The notes beneath the pieces were generated by a model that did not search any database, had not been told where the DNA came from, and saw only the letters and a list, made by a program, of their open reading frames with translations. Positions 9,963 to 19,422 of a stretch of 32,000 bases of DNA are shown piece after piece. The stretch comes from Raphidiopsis brookii D9 (GTDB taxonomy: Bacteria; Cyanobacteriota; Cyanobacteriia; Cyanobacteriales; Nostocaceae): contig ACYB01000042.1 in NCBI GenBank assembly GCA_000175855.1, positions 150,001-182,000 of the forward strand, written 5' to 3'. Made by a program: the position numbers and the translations under genes. Numbering within the stretch: the first letter of the stretch is position 1; each line of letters opens with the position of its first letter.

Positions 9963-10274
9963 ATGTCAGAATCTAACTTTTCGCCCTCCCAACTTTTACA
10001 ATCGCTCCTAGAACCACTTTTAGAGGATTTTGAATATTGGTTTGCCCGCTCCCAGCAATTGTTGGAAAATGAGAAAATCTCATTTATGACCGAACAGGAA
10101 CAGTCCGATTTACTTGACCGAGTTAAACAAGCACAACTGGAGGTAAATACATCCAAGATGCTATTTAATGCTACTGGTAAACAGGTGGGACTAGATATGG
10201 CAACCTTAGCCCCTTGGCATCAGCTTTTAGGTGAGTGCTGGAGGGTGGGAATGCGATATCGTCAAATAAAATAA
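9963..10274 (+). CDS. conserved-looking soluble hypothetical protein (helical, acidic)
   Basis: 103-aa ORF with coding-like composition. I could not assign a motif with confidence. Confidence 0.5.
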   Translation: MSESNFSPSQLLQSLLEPLLEDFEYWFARSQQLLENEKISFMTEQEQSDLLDRVKQAQLEVNTSKMLFNATGKQVGLDMATLAPWHQLLGECWRVGMRYRQIK

Positions 10275-10565
10275 CACCAAAGAGAAAATTTCAGATTTAC
10301 AATCTTAACATTATTTTCATAAAAAAATAATGTGTCCCGTGCTACGTTGGTGCTAACACTTTTGAAAAAACTGGCACATAGACTATTTTACTTTTCTTAT
10401 TTCTGCCAATTAGAAAAGTCTAGGGAATTATAGCCATAGCTACCTGGGCGAAGGTAAGCCAGAATGCCTGTCCAGCAATCACTTTCAGCTATGTTCTATG
10501 GCGTTCTGGCCAAATACATACAATATAAAACTTTAAAATTTATTATCTTAGTGGAGGATAAGTTG

Positions 10566-10883
10566 ATGTTACACTTACTGTACATTGTAGCTTTTACAGC
10601 TTTAGCATTTATTGCTGTCAGTAATTTAATTAGAAACCTGATTATGTTCAGTTTTGACAGGGAACGTTCTTATCCTCACAAAATCGGGGTTAATGAAGGT
10701 GGTTTTGGTTATTATGGAAGCAAGTCCATACCTCATCCGGAGTTGTTAGATGATTCGGGTAATTTAATCAAGGAGCCACTTTTAGTAATGCGTTCTATTA
10801 ATGTGGAGGATGCACGTCAGCATTTAGATGCACTGTATGAATCTTCTCCTGGGAATAAAATTGAGAGTTCGGAAGATGCTTAG
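10566..10883 (+). CDS. small hypothetical membrane protein
   Basis: I chose the internal ATG at 10566 because GGAGGA (10553-10558) sits 7 nt upstream. The N-terminus MLHLLYIVAFTALAFIAVSNLIRNL is a single TM helix. The longer ORF from 10464 has no ribosome-binding site. Confidence 0.5.
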   Translation: MLHLLYIVAFTALAFIAVSNLIRNLIMFSFDRERSYPHKIGVNEGGFGYYGSKSIPHPELLDDSGNLIKEPLLVMRSINVEDARQHLDALYESSPGNKIESSEDA

Positions 10884-11084
10884 TTATTTGTAGTTATCGG
10901 TTACCGGTGGGTTTATCTATCAGTTAGAGGTATACCCCAGGTAAGCGATTGCATTTCAGACGGTTTATAAGCGGTGAAGATGGTTAACAAAGGTAAAGTA
11001 ATTGGAGTGTCAATTGATCAGTTTTTGAGTTAGGATCTGGGGAAGTGCTTTCTCATGGTCTAAATTGGACGTTTAAGAATATTC

Positions 11085-13055
11085 ATGAGCATTTCGACTT
11101 CCGTGCTGAGTGATTTGCTACAGTCACTATCTCATCTACGTCCCCAGTTATATTTCAAGGCTTCACTAACCGCACTTTCCCATGCGATGGAAGACCAGAT
11201 TTTGGGGACTATCTTGGGTGAACCACTAATTATTGCCAGTTTCCAGCGAGAGCGGTTTTATCGTCAAGAAGCTCATCGCTATGAGCGTCTTGGTGAGCGT
11301 AGCAGTCAGGTATATGTATTGTCTGCACTAGAAACTGAGTTTACTAGTAGTTCAGGATCTTATGAAAAAGTTGCTTTTACACCAGAGGATGCTTTAAGCA
11401 AAGAGTGGCACTTGGTTGTGATTGCAGATAATTATGCTACTTGTTTAGTGTGTCGAGAAAGTGTTAAATCGGTTGTTAAAAGTCAGCAAGTACCAGAGAC
11501 GAGTTCTGTCCTGGATATGGATACCTCAAGAAGATTTGAGGGGATTTGGACAGCTGACAGGACTGTTAGTATTAAAGCAGCGGACTTATTATTAAGCAGA
11601 ATTGTGGCCTATCGTCCTGATTTGAAGGACAAGGTGGTTGATGTACGTAAACGGTTTAATATTAAAGAATTGACAAAATCCGTTCAGAGAAAGAAGATAG
11701 GGGGACGGGAAATTGATACGGATCCTTTTGTTAGACGATTAGTAACTTATTTACAGGCCAGTCAGTATAAGTTACATAAGGCCTACCGCTCTCTTACTGT
11801 TCAAGCTAGGAAAGAAAGACTGATTAATTCTATTAGTATGGCTATTAGGCGCTCACTGGATCCAAAACAAATTTTGCAAGTCGCTGCGCAGGAATTGGGA
11901 GATCATTTAGCAGCGGGTCGTTGTTTGATTTATCGTGCTCAGTCTAGTGATGTGAGGGCAAATATTGAACATGAATTTCTGGATCAGGGTTTATCATCGG
12001 TTTTAGGACAAACCTGGGATTTACAACGTCACTCTCTATTTCAAGAAATTGTGGATAAACAGGAGGGAGTATGTGTGGGTGATGCGACAACCGATCCACG
12101 AGTTAAAGATTCTCCTTACTTGTCCTCTATAGCAGGTAAATTTAATATTCGTTCCTGGTTGATGGAACCTGTATTATTTCAGGGGAGATTGCTGGGTATT
12201 GTGGAACTACACTATTGTTATTTTCCTACCTGTGATTGGCAACCAGGAGAGCTAGATTTAGTCAAGGCGATCGCGACTCAAGTGGGTTCAGCTTTAATTC
12301 AAGCCGAATCATTTACTAATTTGGAAGAGCTAAATAAACAACTAGAGGCTTTAGACCGAACTCGCAGCAATCTAATTGCTATTACTGGACATGAGTTGCG
12401 AACTCCCCTTTCCACCATTCAAGTGTGTTTAGAAAGTTTGGCCACTGAGCCAGATATGCCCAACGATTTACGGCAAGTGATGTTAAATACAGCTCTTGCA
12501 GACTCAGAGAGAATGCGTAAACTAGTGCAAGACTTCCTCACCCTTTCTAATTTGGAAAGTGGGAATGTGGAATGGCATACAGAATCTTTAATTCTCAAGG
12601 AGTGTGTGGATTTAGCATTAAGTCGCATGCGTATAAGGTCTAACAAAGAAAAATCCCCCCAGGTAAGTAGTGAGATTCCCCTAAATTTACCCTTGGTGAA
12701 AGCGGATGGAGATTGGCTAGTGGAAGTATTAGCCAAACTGATAGATAATGCTTATAAATTCACTTCCCCCTCGGGAAGGATTACAATTAAAGCTAAACAA
12801 AATCGTAGTGACCAAGTATTGGTTACTGTAGGTGATACAGGTCGGGGCATTGATCGGGATGCGTTGGAAATAGTATTTGACCGGTTTTATCAAGAGGAGG
12901 GAGCCTTGAGGCGAACTACTGGAGGAACAGGATTGGGTTTAGCGATTTGTCGTCAAATAGTTAATGCTTGGGGGGGAAGAATTTGGGCTGAGTCAGAGGG
13001 TAAAGATAAGGGAAGCCAATTTCATTTTACTATTCCTATCATGCGGGGAAGATAG
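11085..13055 (+). CDS. sensor histidine kinase: N-terminal DICT-like sensory region, GAF domain, HisKA, HATPase_c
   Basis: 656 aa. It has the H-box HELRTPLSTI, N-box LIDNAYKFT, G1 VGDTGRGI and G2 GGTGLGLAICRQIV. A central GAF-like segment is present (LDPKQILQVAAQELG...GRLLGIVELH). The N-terminus (LYFKASLTALSHAMEDQIL...IASFQRERFYRQEAHRYERL) resembles DICT domains as I recall them. Confidence 0.85.
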   Translation: MSISTSVLSDLLQSLSHLRPQLYFKASLTALSHAMEDQILGTILGEPLIIASFQRERFYRQEAHRYERLGERSSQVYVLSALETEFTSSSGSYEKVAFTPEDALSKEWHLVVIADNYATCLVCRESVKSVVKSQQVPETSSVLDMDTSRRFEGIWTADRTVSIKAADLLLSRIVAYRPDLKDKVVDVRKRFNIKELTKSVQRKKIGGREIDTDPFVRRLVTYLQASQYKLHKAYRSLTVQARKERLINSISMAIRRSLDPKQILQVAAQELGDHLAAGRCLIYRAQSSDVRANIEHEFLDQGLSSVLGQTWDLQRHSLFQEIVDKQEGVCVGDATTDPRVKDSPYLSSIAGKFNIRSWLMEPVLFQGRLLGIVELHYCYFPTCDWQPGELDLVKAIATQVGSALIQAESFTNLEELNKQLEALDRTRSNLIAITGHELRTPLSTIQVCLESLATEPDMPNDLRQVMLNTALADSERMRKLVQDFLTLSNLESGNVEWHTESLILKECVDLALSRMRIRSNKEKSPQVSSEIPLNLPLVKADGDWLVEVLAKLIDNAYKFTSPSGRITIKAKQNRSDQVLVTVGDTGRGIDRDALEIVFDRFYQEEGALRRTTGGTGLGLAICRQIVNAWGGRIWAESEGKDKGSQFHFTIPIMRGR

Positions 13056-13160
13056 AAAAAAGCAGTCCAAGGTTAATACGGGAATATCATCACCCAGGTA
13101 GTTCTTTTAACAGCAATCGCAAAGATTTGCAAATTTTCCTCCCCCCAGATTTGAGAAAGT

Positions 13161-13178
13161 GTTACAGTGTGTGAAATA
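13161..13178 (+). promoter_or_regulatory. candidate HLR1-like direct repeat (RpaB-type site) upstream of psaD
   Basis: GTTACAGT-gt-GTGAAATA compared with the consensus (G/T)TTACA(T/A)(T/A)-N2-(G/T)TTACA(T/A)(T/A) matches at 13 of 16 positions. Candidate -10 boxes are TAATAT (13183-13188) and TAGTAT (13206-13211). The psaD ATG is at 13245. Confidence 0.3.
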
Positions 13179-13244
13179 ATCGTAATATGGGATAAGTTAG
13201 GGTGTTAGTATGCCCTAAAAACGTCGAGAGAAAACCCTAATCCT

Positions 13245-13661
13245 ATGGCAACTCTAACTGGACAAACACCCCTATTTGGCGGTAGTACTGGCGGACTACT
13301 TAAAAAAGCAGAAGTAGAGGAAAAATACGCTATTACCTGGACAAGTCCCAAAGAGCAAGTTTTTGAAATGCCCACCGGTGGTGCAGCAACTATGCGCACA
13401 GGCGAGAACCTGCTTTATATTGCCCGCAAAGAGTATGGCATTGCTTTGGGTGCCCAACTGCGCAAGTTCAAAATAACCGACTACAAGGTTTACCGGATTC
13501 TCCCCAGTGGGGAAACTACTCTGATTCACCCCGCAGATGGTGTGTTCCCAGAAAAGGTAAATAAAGGTCGGGAAATGGTGCGCCATGTACCCCGCAGAAT
13601 TGGTGAGAACCCCAGTGCTGCAGCACTTAAGTTTAGTGGTAAAGCTACCCACGACGCCTAG
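13245..13661 (+). CDS. psaD: photosystem I reaction centre subunit II
   Basis: 138 aa. It is near-collinear with the Nostoc/Anabaena PsaD sequence as I recall it ([12 protein letters not shown]...[24 protein letters not shown]...[12 protein letters not shown]). Confidence 0.95.
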   Translation: MATLTGQTPLFGGSTGGLLKKAEVEEKYAITWTSPKEQVFEMPTGGAATMRTGENLLYIARKEYGIALGAQLRKFKITDYKVYRILPSGETTLIHPADGVFPEKVNKGREMVRHVPRRIGENPSAAALKFSGKATHDA

Positions 13662-13682
13662 AATCTGTTGGTGCTAGTTGAT

Positions 13683-13736
13683 AATGGGTAATTGGTAATG
13701 CAAGACCGTCTTTACTAGTTACCCATTTGAATTTTT
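13683..13736 (+). terminator. rho-independent terminator candidate for psaD
   Basis: A 16-bp stem (13683-13698 pairs with 13712-13727, including 2 G-U pairs) with a 13-nt loop. It is followed by tgaaTTTTT (13728-13736). Confidence 0.5.
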
Positions 13737-13771
13737 AAATATGTAAAACTTTATATATAAAACTTTAACCT

Positions 13772-15286
13772 ATGATTTTTCCCGATTTTCAGGAATTTAT
13801 ACAACTAGCTCAGCAGGGTAATTTTGTCCCGGTTTATCAAGAATGGGTTGCTGATCTGGATACCCCTGTTTCCGCTTGGTACAAGGTTTGTGCAGGTCAA
13901 CCCTATAGCTTTTTACTGGAGTCGGTGGAAGGTGGGGAAAAGGTGGGGCGTTATAGTTTATTGGGTTGTGACCCTCTTTGGATTTTGGAAGCAAGGGGAG
14001 ACCAAACTACTCAGATCTATCGAGATGGAAAACAACAGGTTTTTCAGGGGGATCCCTTTAGGGTTTTGGCTAACTGTTTGGCACCCTATCATCCAGTGAA
14101 ATTACCAGAGTTGCCTTCGGGAATTGGCGGTTTATTCGGGTTTTGGGGTTATGAACTCATTAATTGGATTGAACCAACAGTACCTATACACACTCAGGAT
14201 GGTCGCCATATTCCTGATGGACTGTGGATGCAAGTGGACCATTTGTTAATATTTGACCAGGTAAAACGCAAAATTTGGGCGATCGCCTACGCTGATGTGA
14301 GGGAAGGTGTAGAGGAGAGTTACCAAAAAGCATGCAATTGTATTAAACAAATGGTAGAGAAATTATCTTTGCCTTTAACGACGGAAAACACTCAATTAAC
14401 CTGGAAATCACCACAGAATAGACCGAAGGTGGATATTAAAGAGTACAGCAGCAATTTTACCCGGGAGCAATTTTGTGCCAGTGTGGAAAAAGCAAAGGAG
14501 TATATTAGAGCTGGGGATATCTTCCAAGTAGTAATTTCCCAAAGATTAGGGACAGAATACCAGGGGAATCCTTTTGGGTTATATCGTTCCCTACGTCAAA
14601 TTAACCCTTCACCTTACATGGCATTTTTTAATTTTGACGATTGGCAGATCATTGGTTCCAGTCCAGAGGTGATGGTCAAAGCAGAGAGAGATGAGGGGGG
14701 AGGAATAATGGCCACGGTTAGACCACTTGCTGGAACAAGACCAAGGGGTAAAACCACCAAGGAAGATGGAGAGTTAGCAGAGGATTTATTAGCAGATCCC
14801 AAGGAAGTTGCTGAACATATTATGTTGGTGGATCTGGGACGTAATGATTTAGGAAGGGTTTGCCAAAATGGCACGGTTAAGGTTGATGAACTAATGATTG
14901 TTGAACGTTATTCCCATGTGATGCACATAGTTAGTAATGTGGTAGGTAAATTGGCGGAAGATAAAACCGCATGGGATTTATTAAAAGCCTGTTTCCCCGC
15001 AGGGACAGTTAGTGGAGCACCAAAAATCCGGGCTATGCAAATCATTAACCAGTTAGAACCAACCCGCAGGGGAGTCTATTCAGGAGTATATGGCTATTAT
15101 GACTTTGAAGGACAATTAAATACTGCTATATCTATTAGAACTATGGTACTAAAAGATGGGACTGTTAGTGTTCAAGCGGGTGCAGGGTTAGTTGCGGACT
15201 CCCAACCAGAAAAAGAATATGAGGAAACTTTAAATAAGGCTAGAGGTTTATTGGAAGCAATTAGATGCTTGAAAGAGGTTACCTAG
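13772..15286 (+). CDS. trpE: anthranilate synthase component I
   Basis: 504 aa. It has LLESVEGGEKVGRYS and the chorismate-binding C-terminus (GAPKIRAMQII...GAGLVADSQPEKEYEET). Confidence 0.9.
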   Translation: MIFPDFQEFIQLAQQGNFVPVYQEWVADLDTPVSAWYKVCAGQPYSFLLESVEGGEKVGRYSLLGCDPLWILEARGDQTTQIYRDGKQQVFQGDPFRVLANCLAPYHPVKLPELPSGIGGLFGFWGYELINWIEPTVPIHTQDGRHIPDGLWMQVDHLLIFDQVKRKIWAIAYADVREGVEESYQKACNCIKQMVEKLSLPLTTENTQLTWKSPQNRPKVDIKEYSSNFTREQFCASVEKAKEYIRAGDIFQVVISQRLGTEYQGNPFGLYRSLRQINPSPYMAFFNFDDWQIIGSSPEVMVKAERDEGGGIMATVRPLAGTRPRGKTTKEDGELAEDLLADPKEVAEHIMLVDLGRNDLGRVCQNGTVKVDELMIVERYSHVMHIVSNVVGKLAEDKTAWDLLKACFPAGTVSGAPKIRAMQIINQLEPTRRGVYSGVYGYYDFEGQLNTAISIRTMVLKDGTVSVQAGAGLVADSQPEKEYEETLNKARGLLEAIRCLKEVT

Positions 15287-15417
15287 TTCAGTGTAGGATT
15301 GATTCTCTTGCAGAATTTTTCTACCAGCCATATTTAAAGCTCATAAAAGTAGTAAGAAAGCGGGCTAACCCGTTTGTGGTTAACCCGTTTGTGCTTTGGG
15401 AACGCGCAGATAATTAA

Positions 15418-15768
15418 TTATTGCAACACTAACTTAACATTAGCATTCTGCAAACCACGCTGTTTTACTTCGGCTAAGGTCTTGTTAACCGCGTATTTTT
15501 GGTTAATAGAGTTAATCAGATCAGTCTGGTTGTGCTTCTTAGCAACACCCCATAAATCAGCAATGAGGTCAAAGGAACCATCGCTATTACGAGACCAACC
15601 TAAATCGTACTCGCCTTCCAATACCGCAACAATGTCCGAACGTACACGCTGACCATTATAACCACGTACATCAGCCTCAGTTTTTACAGTAATACCTAGG
15701 TCGCTTAGGGAAGCTTTGAGAATTTCGGCATCGGTAATCTTAGTACGCAGAGTGCTAAAATGAGACAT
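15418..15768 (-). CDS. ycf35: Ycf35/DUF1257-family protein
   Basis: I set the start at the ATG at 15768 (MSHFSTLRTKITD...), which is preceded by GGAGGAAACCC. The protein is 116 aa. This family is typically found next to ycf46 in cyanobacteria. The family name is from memory. Confidence 0.7.
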   Translation of the reverse strand: MSHFSTLRTKITDAEILKASLSDLGITVKTEADVRGYNGQRVRSDIVAVLEGEYDLGWSRNSDGSFDLIADLWGVAKKHNQTDLINSINQKYAVNKTLAEVKQRGLQNANVKLVLQ

Positions 15769-15924
15769 TTGGGTTTCCTCCAATAAGAAGATTGATGAGA
15801 AAAACGACAACGGTTTCTTTTTCACCAAAGCCGCATTAATCTGGGATTAATTGGGAAGCGGCTTAACTCGTAACCCGTTAGCCCGTGGACTAACCTTTCC
15901 CCTCTGGTTTACAGAGGAAAGCTT

Positions 15925-17436
15925 TTAAAACTCCAATCGCTGATACTCAGCTACGGAGGATGCTGCTGGTCTAGCACGCTGTCTGGCCCAGTCCCTTAAG
16001 GCTGTGACCTGTTCTTGCATCGTCCTTGACAACGGCAATGTAGACTTCAATGCAGCAATAATATCTAATTGGGTGAACTCCCGATCCTGAGCAAAGGCCT
16101 CATACATGGCCGCAATTATTGCCTGCTCTATTTCAGCACCGGAAAAACCATCTGACATCTTGGCTAGTTGCTCTAGGTCAAATCTAGCAATTTCCTCTCT
16201 CCTTTTGGTTAGATGAATCCTAAAGATATCCTGACGTTCTTCCGGTGTGGGTAAGTCCACAAAGAAAATTTCATCAAAGCGACCTTTTCTTAAAAACTCT
16301 CCTGGCAACCTTTCTACTCGGTTAGCTGTTGCCATAACAAATACTGGAGACTTTTTCTCCTGCATCCAGGTCAAGAAGGAACCAAAAATTCTACTTGATG
16401 TCCCTCCATCAGAATCGCTAGACCCCGTACTACCTGCGAAGGATTTATCCAGTTCGTCTATGAACAAAATAGTTGGGGAAATAGATTCTGCTGTTTTTAA
16501 AGCATTACGCAGGTTCGCTTCGCTCCGACCCACCATGGAGCCATCATATACTCTCCCCATGTCCAATCTTAAAATTGGCAACCCCCATAACCGGGAGGTG
16601 GTTTTGGCTATCAGTGACTTCCCGCAACCAGGAACTCCTAAAATTAACATCCCTTTCGGTTGTGGTAATCCATACTCCCTCGCCCTCTCTGTAAAGGCGT
16701 TAGACCTCTGTTTCAGCCACTTCTTTAATTCCTCTAACCCACCTACCGCTTCGATAGTTTCATCTTCTTCAATGTATTCTAAAATGCCATTACGGCGAAT
16801 TAGCTGTTTCTTTTCTGATAAAACTATATCAACTTCATCTTCTGTCAGCCTCCCACTTGTTACCTGGGCCTTTCGATATACTTTCTCGGCTTCGTCCTTG
16901 GTCAGTCCTAAGGCCGCTCTCAGTAGTTTCTCTCTAGCCTCGGTAGTTAAACGCCGCCCCCTATTCTGCTCCTGGTGGGCAGTGAGAACTTTACTTAACT
17001 CGGTCATGTCTGGCAGTTGGAAGTCAATAACAACAACCTCTTTCTCCAATTCTATCGGTATTTGTTGCATCGGAGACATTAAAATAATGTTCTTTTGCAT
17101 ACCTTTAAAACTGGCGATCGCATCCCGTAGGGATCTGGTTGTTGCCGGAGCATCAATAAAAGGATGTAAATCTTTAAAAATAAATATACCAGGTTCTTTC
17201 TGTCTAATCGCCCACTCAATAGCCGCCTCTGGGGATACGGTGTTGTGCTGGTTTGTACTCCTAGTCTGCCCGTATTCCACAATGCCATGGGTTACAGTCC
17301 ATACGTAAACCCGACGTTGGGGTTTTAACGACTGAGCCATCGTATAAATTGCCTGCTCTGCCCGTTCTTCCTCGGAGGTCACAAGGTAGATTAAAGGGTA
17401 TTGAGCTTGAATAAGTATGTTTAGCTCTTCTTTCAT
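15925..17436 (-). CDS. ycf46: AAA+ ATPase, Ycf46 family
   Basis: 503 aa. It has Walker A GVPGCGKS, Walker B ILFIDELDK, sensor-1 MATAN and the Arg finger region RKGRFDE. A family-specific N-terminal domain of about 230 aa precedes the ATPase core. Confidence 0.85.
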   Translation of the reverse strand: MKEELNILIQAQYPLIYLVTSEEERAEQAIYTMAQSLKPQRRVYVWTVTHGIVEYGQTRSTNQHNTVSPEAAIEWAIRQKEPGIFIFKDLHPFIDAPATTRSLRDAIASFKGMQKNIILMSPMQQIPIELEKEVVVIDFQLPDMTELSKVLTAHQEQNRGRRLTTEAREKLLRAALGLTKDEAEKVYRKAQVTSGRLTEDEVDIVLSEKKQLIRRNGILEYIEEDETIEAVGGLEELKKWLKQRSNAFTERAREYGLPQPKGMLILGVPGCGKSLIAKTTSRLWGLPILRLDMGRVYDGSMVGRSEANLRNALKTAESISPTILFIDELDKSFAGSTGSSDSDGGTSSRIFGSFLTWMQEKKSPVFVMATANRVERLPGEFLRKGRFDEIFFVDLPTPEERQDIFRIHLTKRREEIARFDLEQLAKMSDGFSGAEIEQAIIAAMYEAFAQDREFTQLDIIAALKSTLPLSRTMQEQVTALRDWARQRARPAASSVAEYQRLEF

Positions 17437-17539
17437 ATCTATCGCGACCTACTTGAGACCTTATAGAAACACTACAGTTATAGTTATCAGAACAACGGAA
17501 AGGGTTAAAAGTTTCCACTCATCCATTCACAATTTTTAA

Positions 17540-17899
17540 CTAGCAAGGTACTAATTCTTCCTCAGTCCTGGGATGGGTTTGACTTTCAATACACAGATCC
17601 TCTTGTCCAATAATTCCCGGTTGGCGACCCAAGGCTATTAATTCCCCATCCTTTAAAACCAGTGAACTTAGACAACTAGGACAGGGATAAACTCTGTGGG
17701 TTCCTCCGTAAATTGACTCTTCCAGTTCAGCTATCACCTCCGAATGAGCCAGATAGAAACTGATTGCTCGCTCTGCTAAACCTGACATCGTTTCCGAGTC
17801 CATAACTGAGCGAATCTTGAGCTTCCTGTGTAATTCGGCCGATAAGTGCAACGTTACTTTTTGTTTTGTTTCCTGCTTTGTGTGCATATTACTATTCAA
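17540..17899 (-). CDS. hypothetical protein with N-terminal ribbon-helix-helix-like segment and C-terminal H/C-rich tail
   Basis: 119 aa. KVTLHLSAELHRKLKIRSVMDSETMSGLAERAISFYL fits a strand-helix-helix (CopG/Arc-like) pattern. The tail HRVYPCPSC...C...C could bind metal. It lies 103 nt upstream of ycf46 on the same strand. Confidence 0.5.
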   Translation of the reverse strand: MNSNMHTKQETKQKVTLHLSAELHRKLKIRSVMDSETMSGLAERAISFYLAHSEVIAELEESIYGGTHRVYPCPSCLSSLVLKDGELIALGRQPGIIGQEDLCIESQTHPRTEEELVPC

Positions 17900-18080
17900 C
17901 TGTCTTACCCGGGTATGTAAATCACCTTACCTCTTATTTTTTTTCTTGTCAAGCCATCAAACCAGTTTAACGCCTATTTTGTTACATTTCTTAACAATGT
18001 TCATTTTGGGAAAATTGATGGCGTGGGGAATTCATAGCGCAGGATACAAAAATCTGATAGATTTAGCTATCAGCGAGTAA

Positions 18081-19247
<1,167 letters not shown>

Positions 19248-19422
19248 CTGACACTAGAGATTAGTAAGGATTGATATGAGTCCCTGTTACTTTAACTTGC
19301 CACTAGGCACAAAGAAACAAAACTAGGATAGACAAGGTTGGGGGGGAGAGTTCAAAGATTCCATAATACATAATATTAAGATATAAATGTTGAGAATACT
19401 GACAGTATCCCCCACCTATTTT

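Noticed and set aside
10464-10565. 34-codon N-terminal extension of the small membrane protein ORF
   Set aside because: The internal ATG at 10566 has a GGAGGA ribosome-binding site and begins the TM helix. The extension has neither.
13296-13652. 118-aa ORF antisense to psaD
   Set aside because: psaD on the + strand is unambiguous. The antisense product has no features.
15769-15828. 20-codon N-terminal extension of ycf35 (MVKKKPLSFF...)
   Set aside because: MSHFSTL is the family-typical N-terminus and has its own GGAGGA Shine-Dalgarno sequence.
16247-17308. 353-aa ORF on the + strand opposite ycf46
   Set aside because: It lies entirely antisense to a well-supported AAA+ gene. The product is Ser/Leu-rich and low in complexity with no motif. 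This is a typical shadow ORF.
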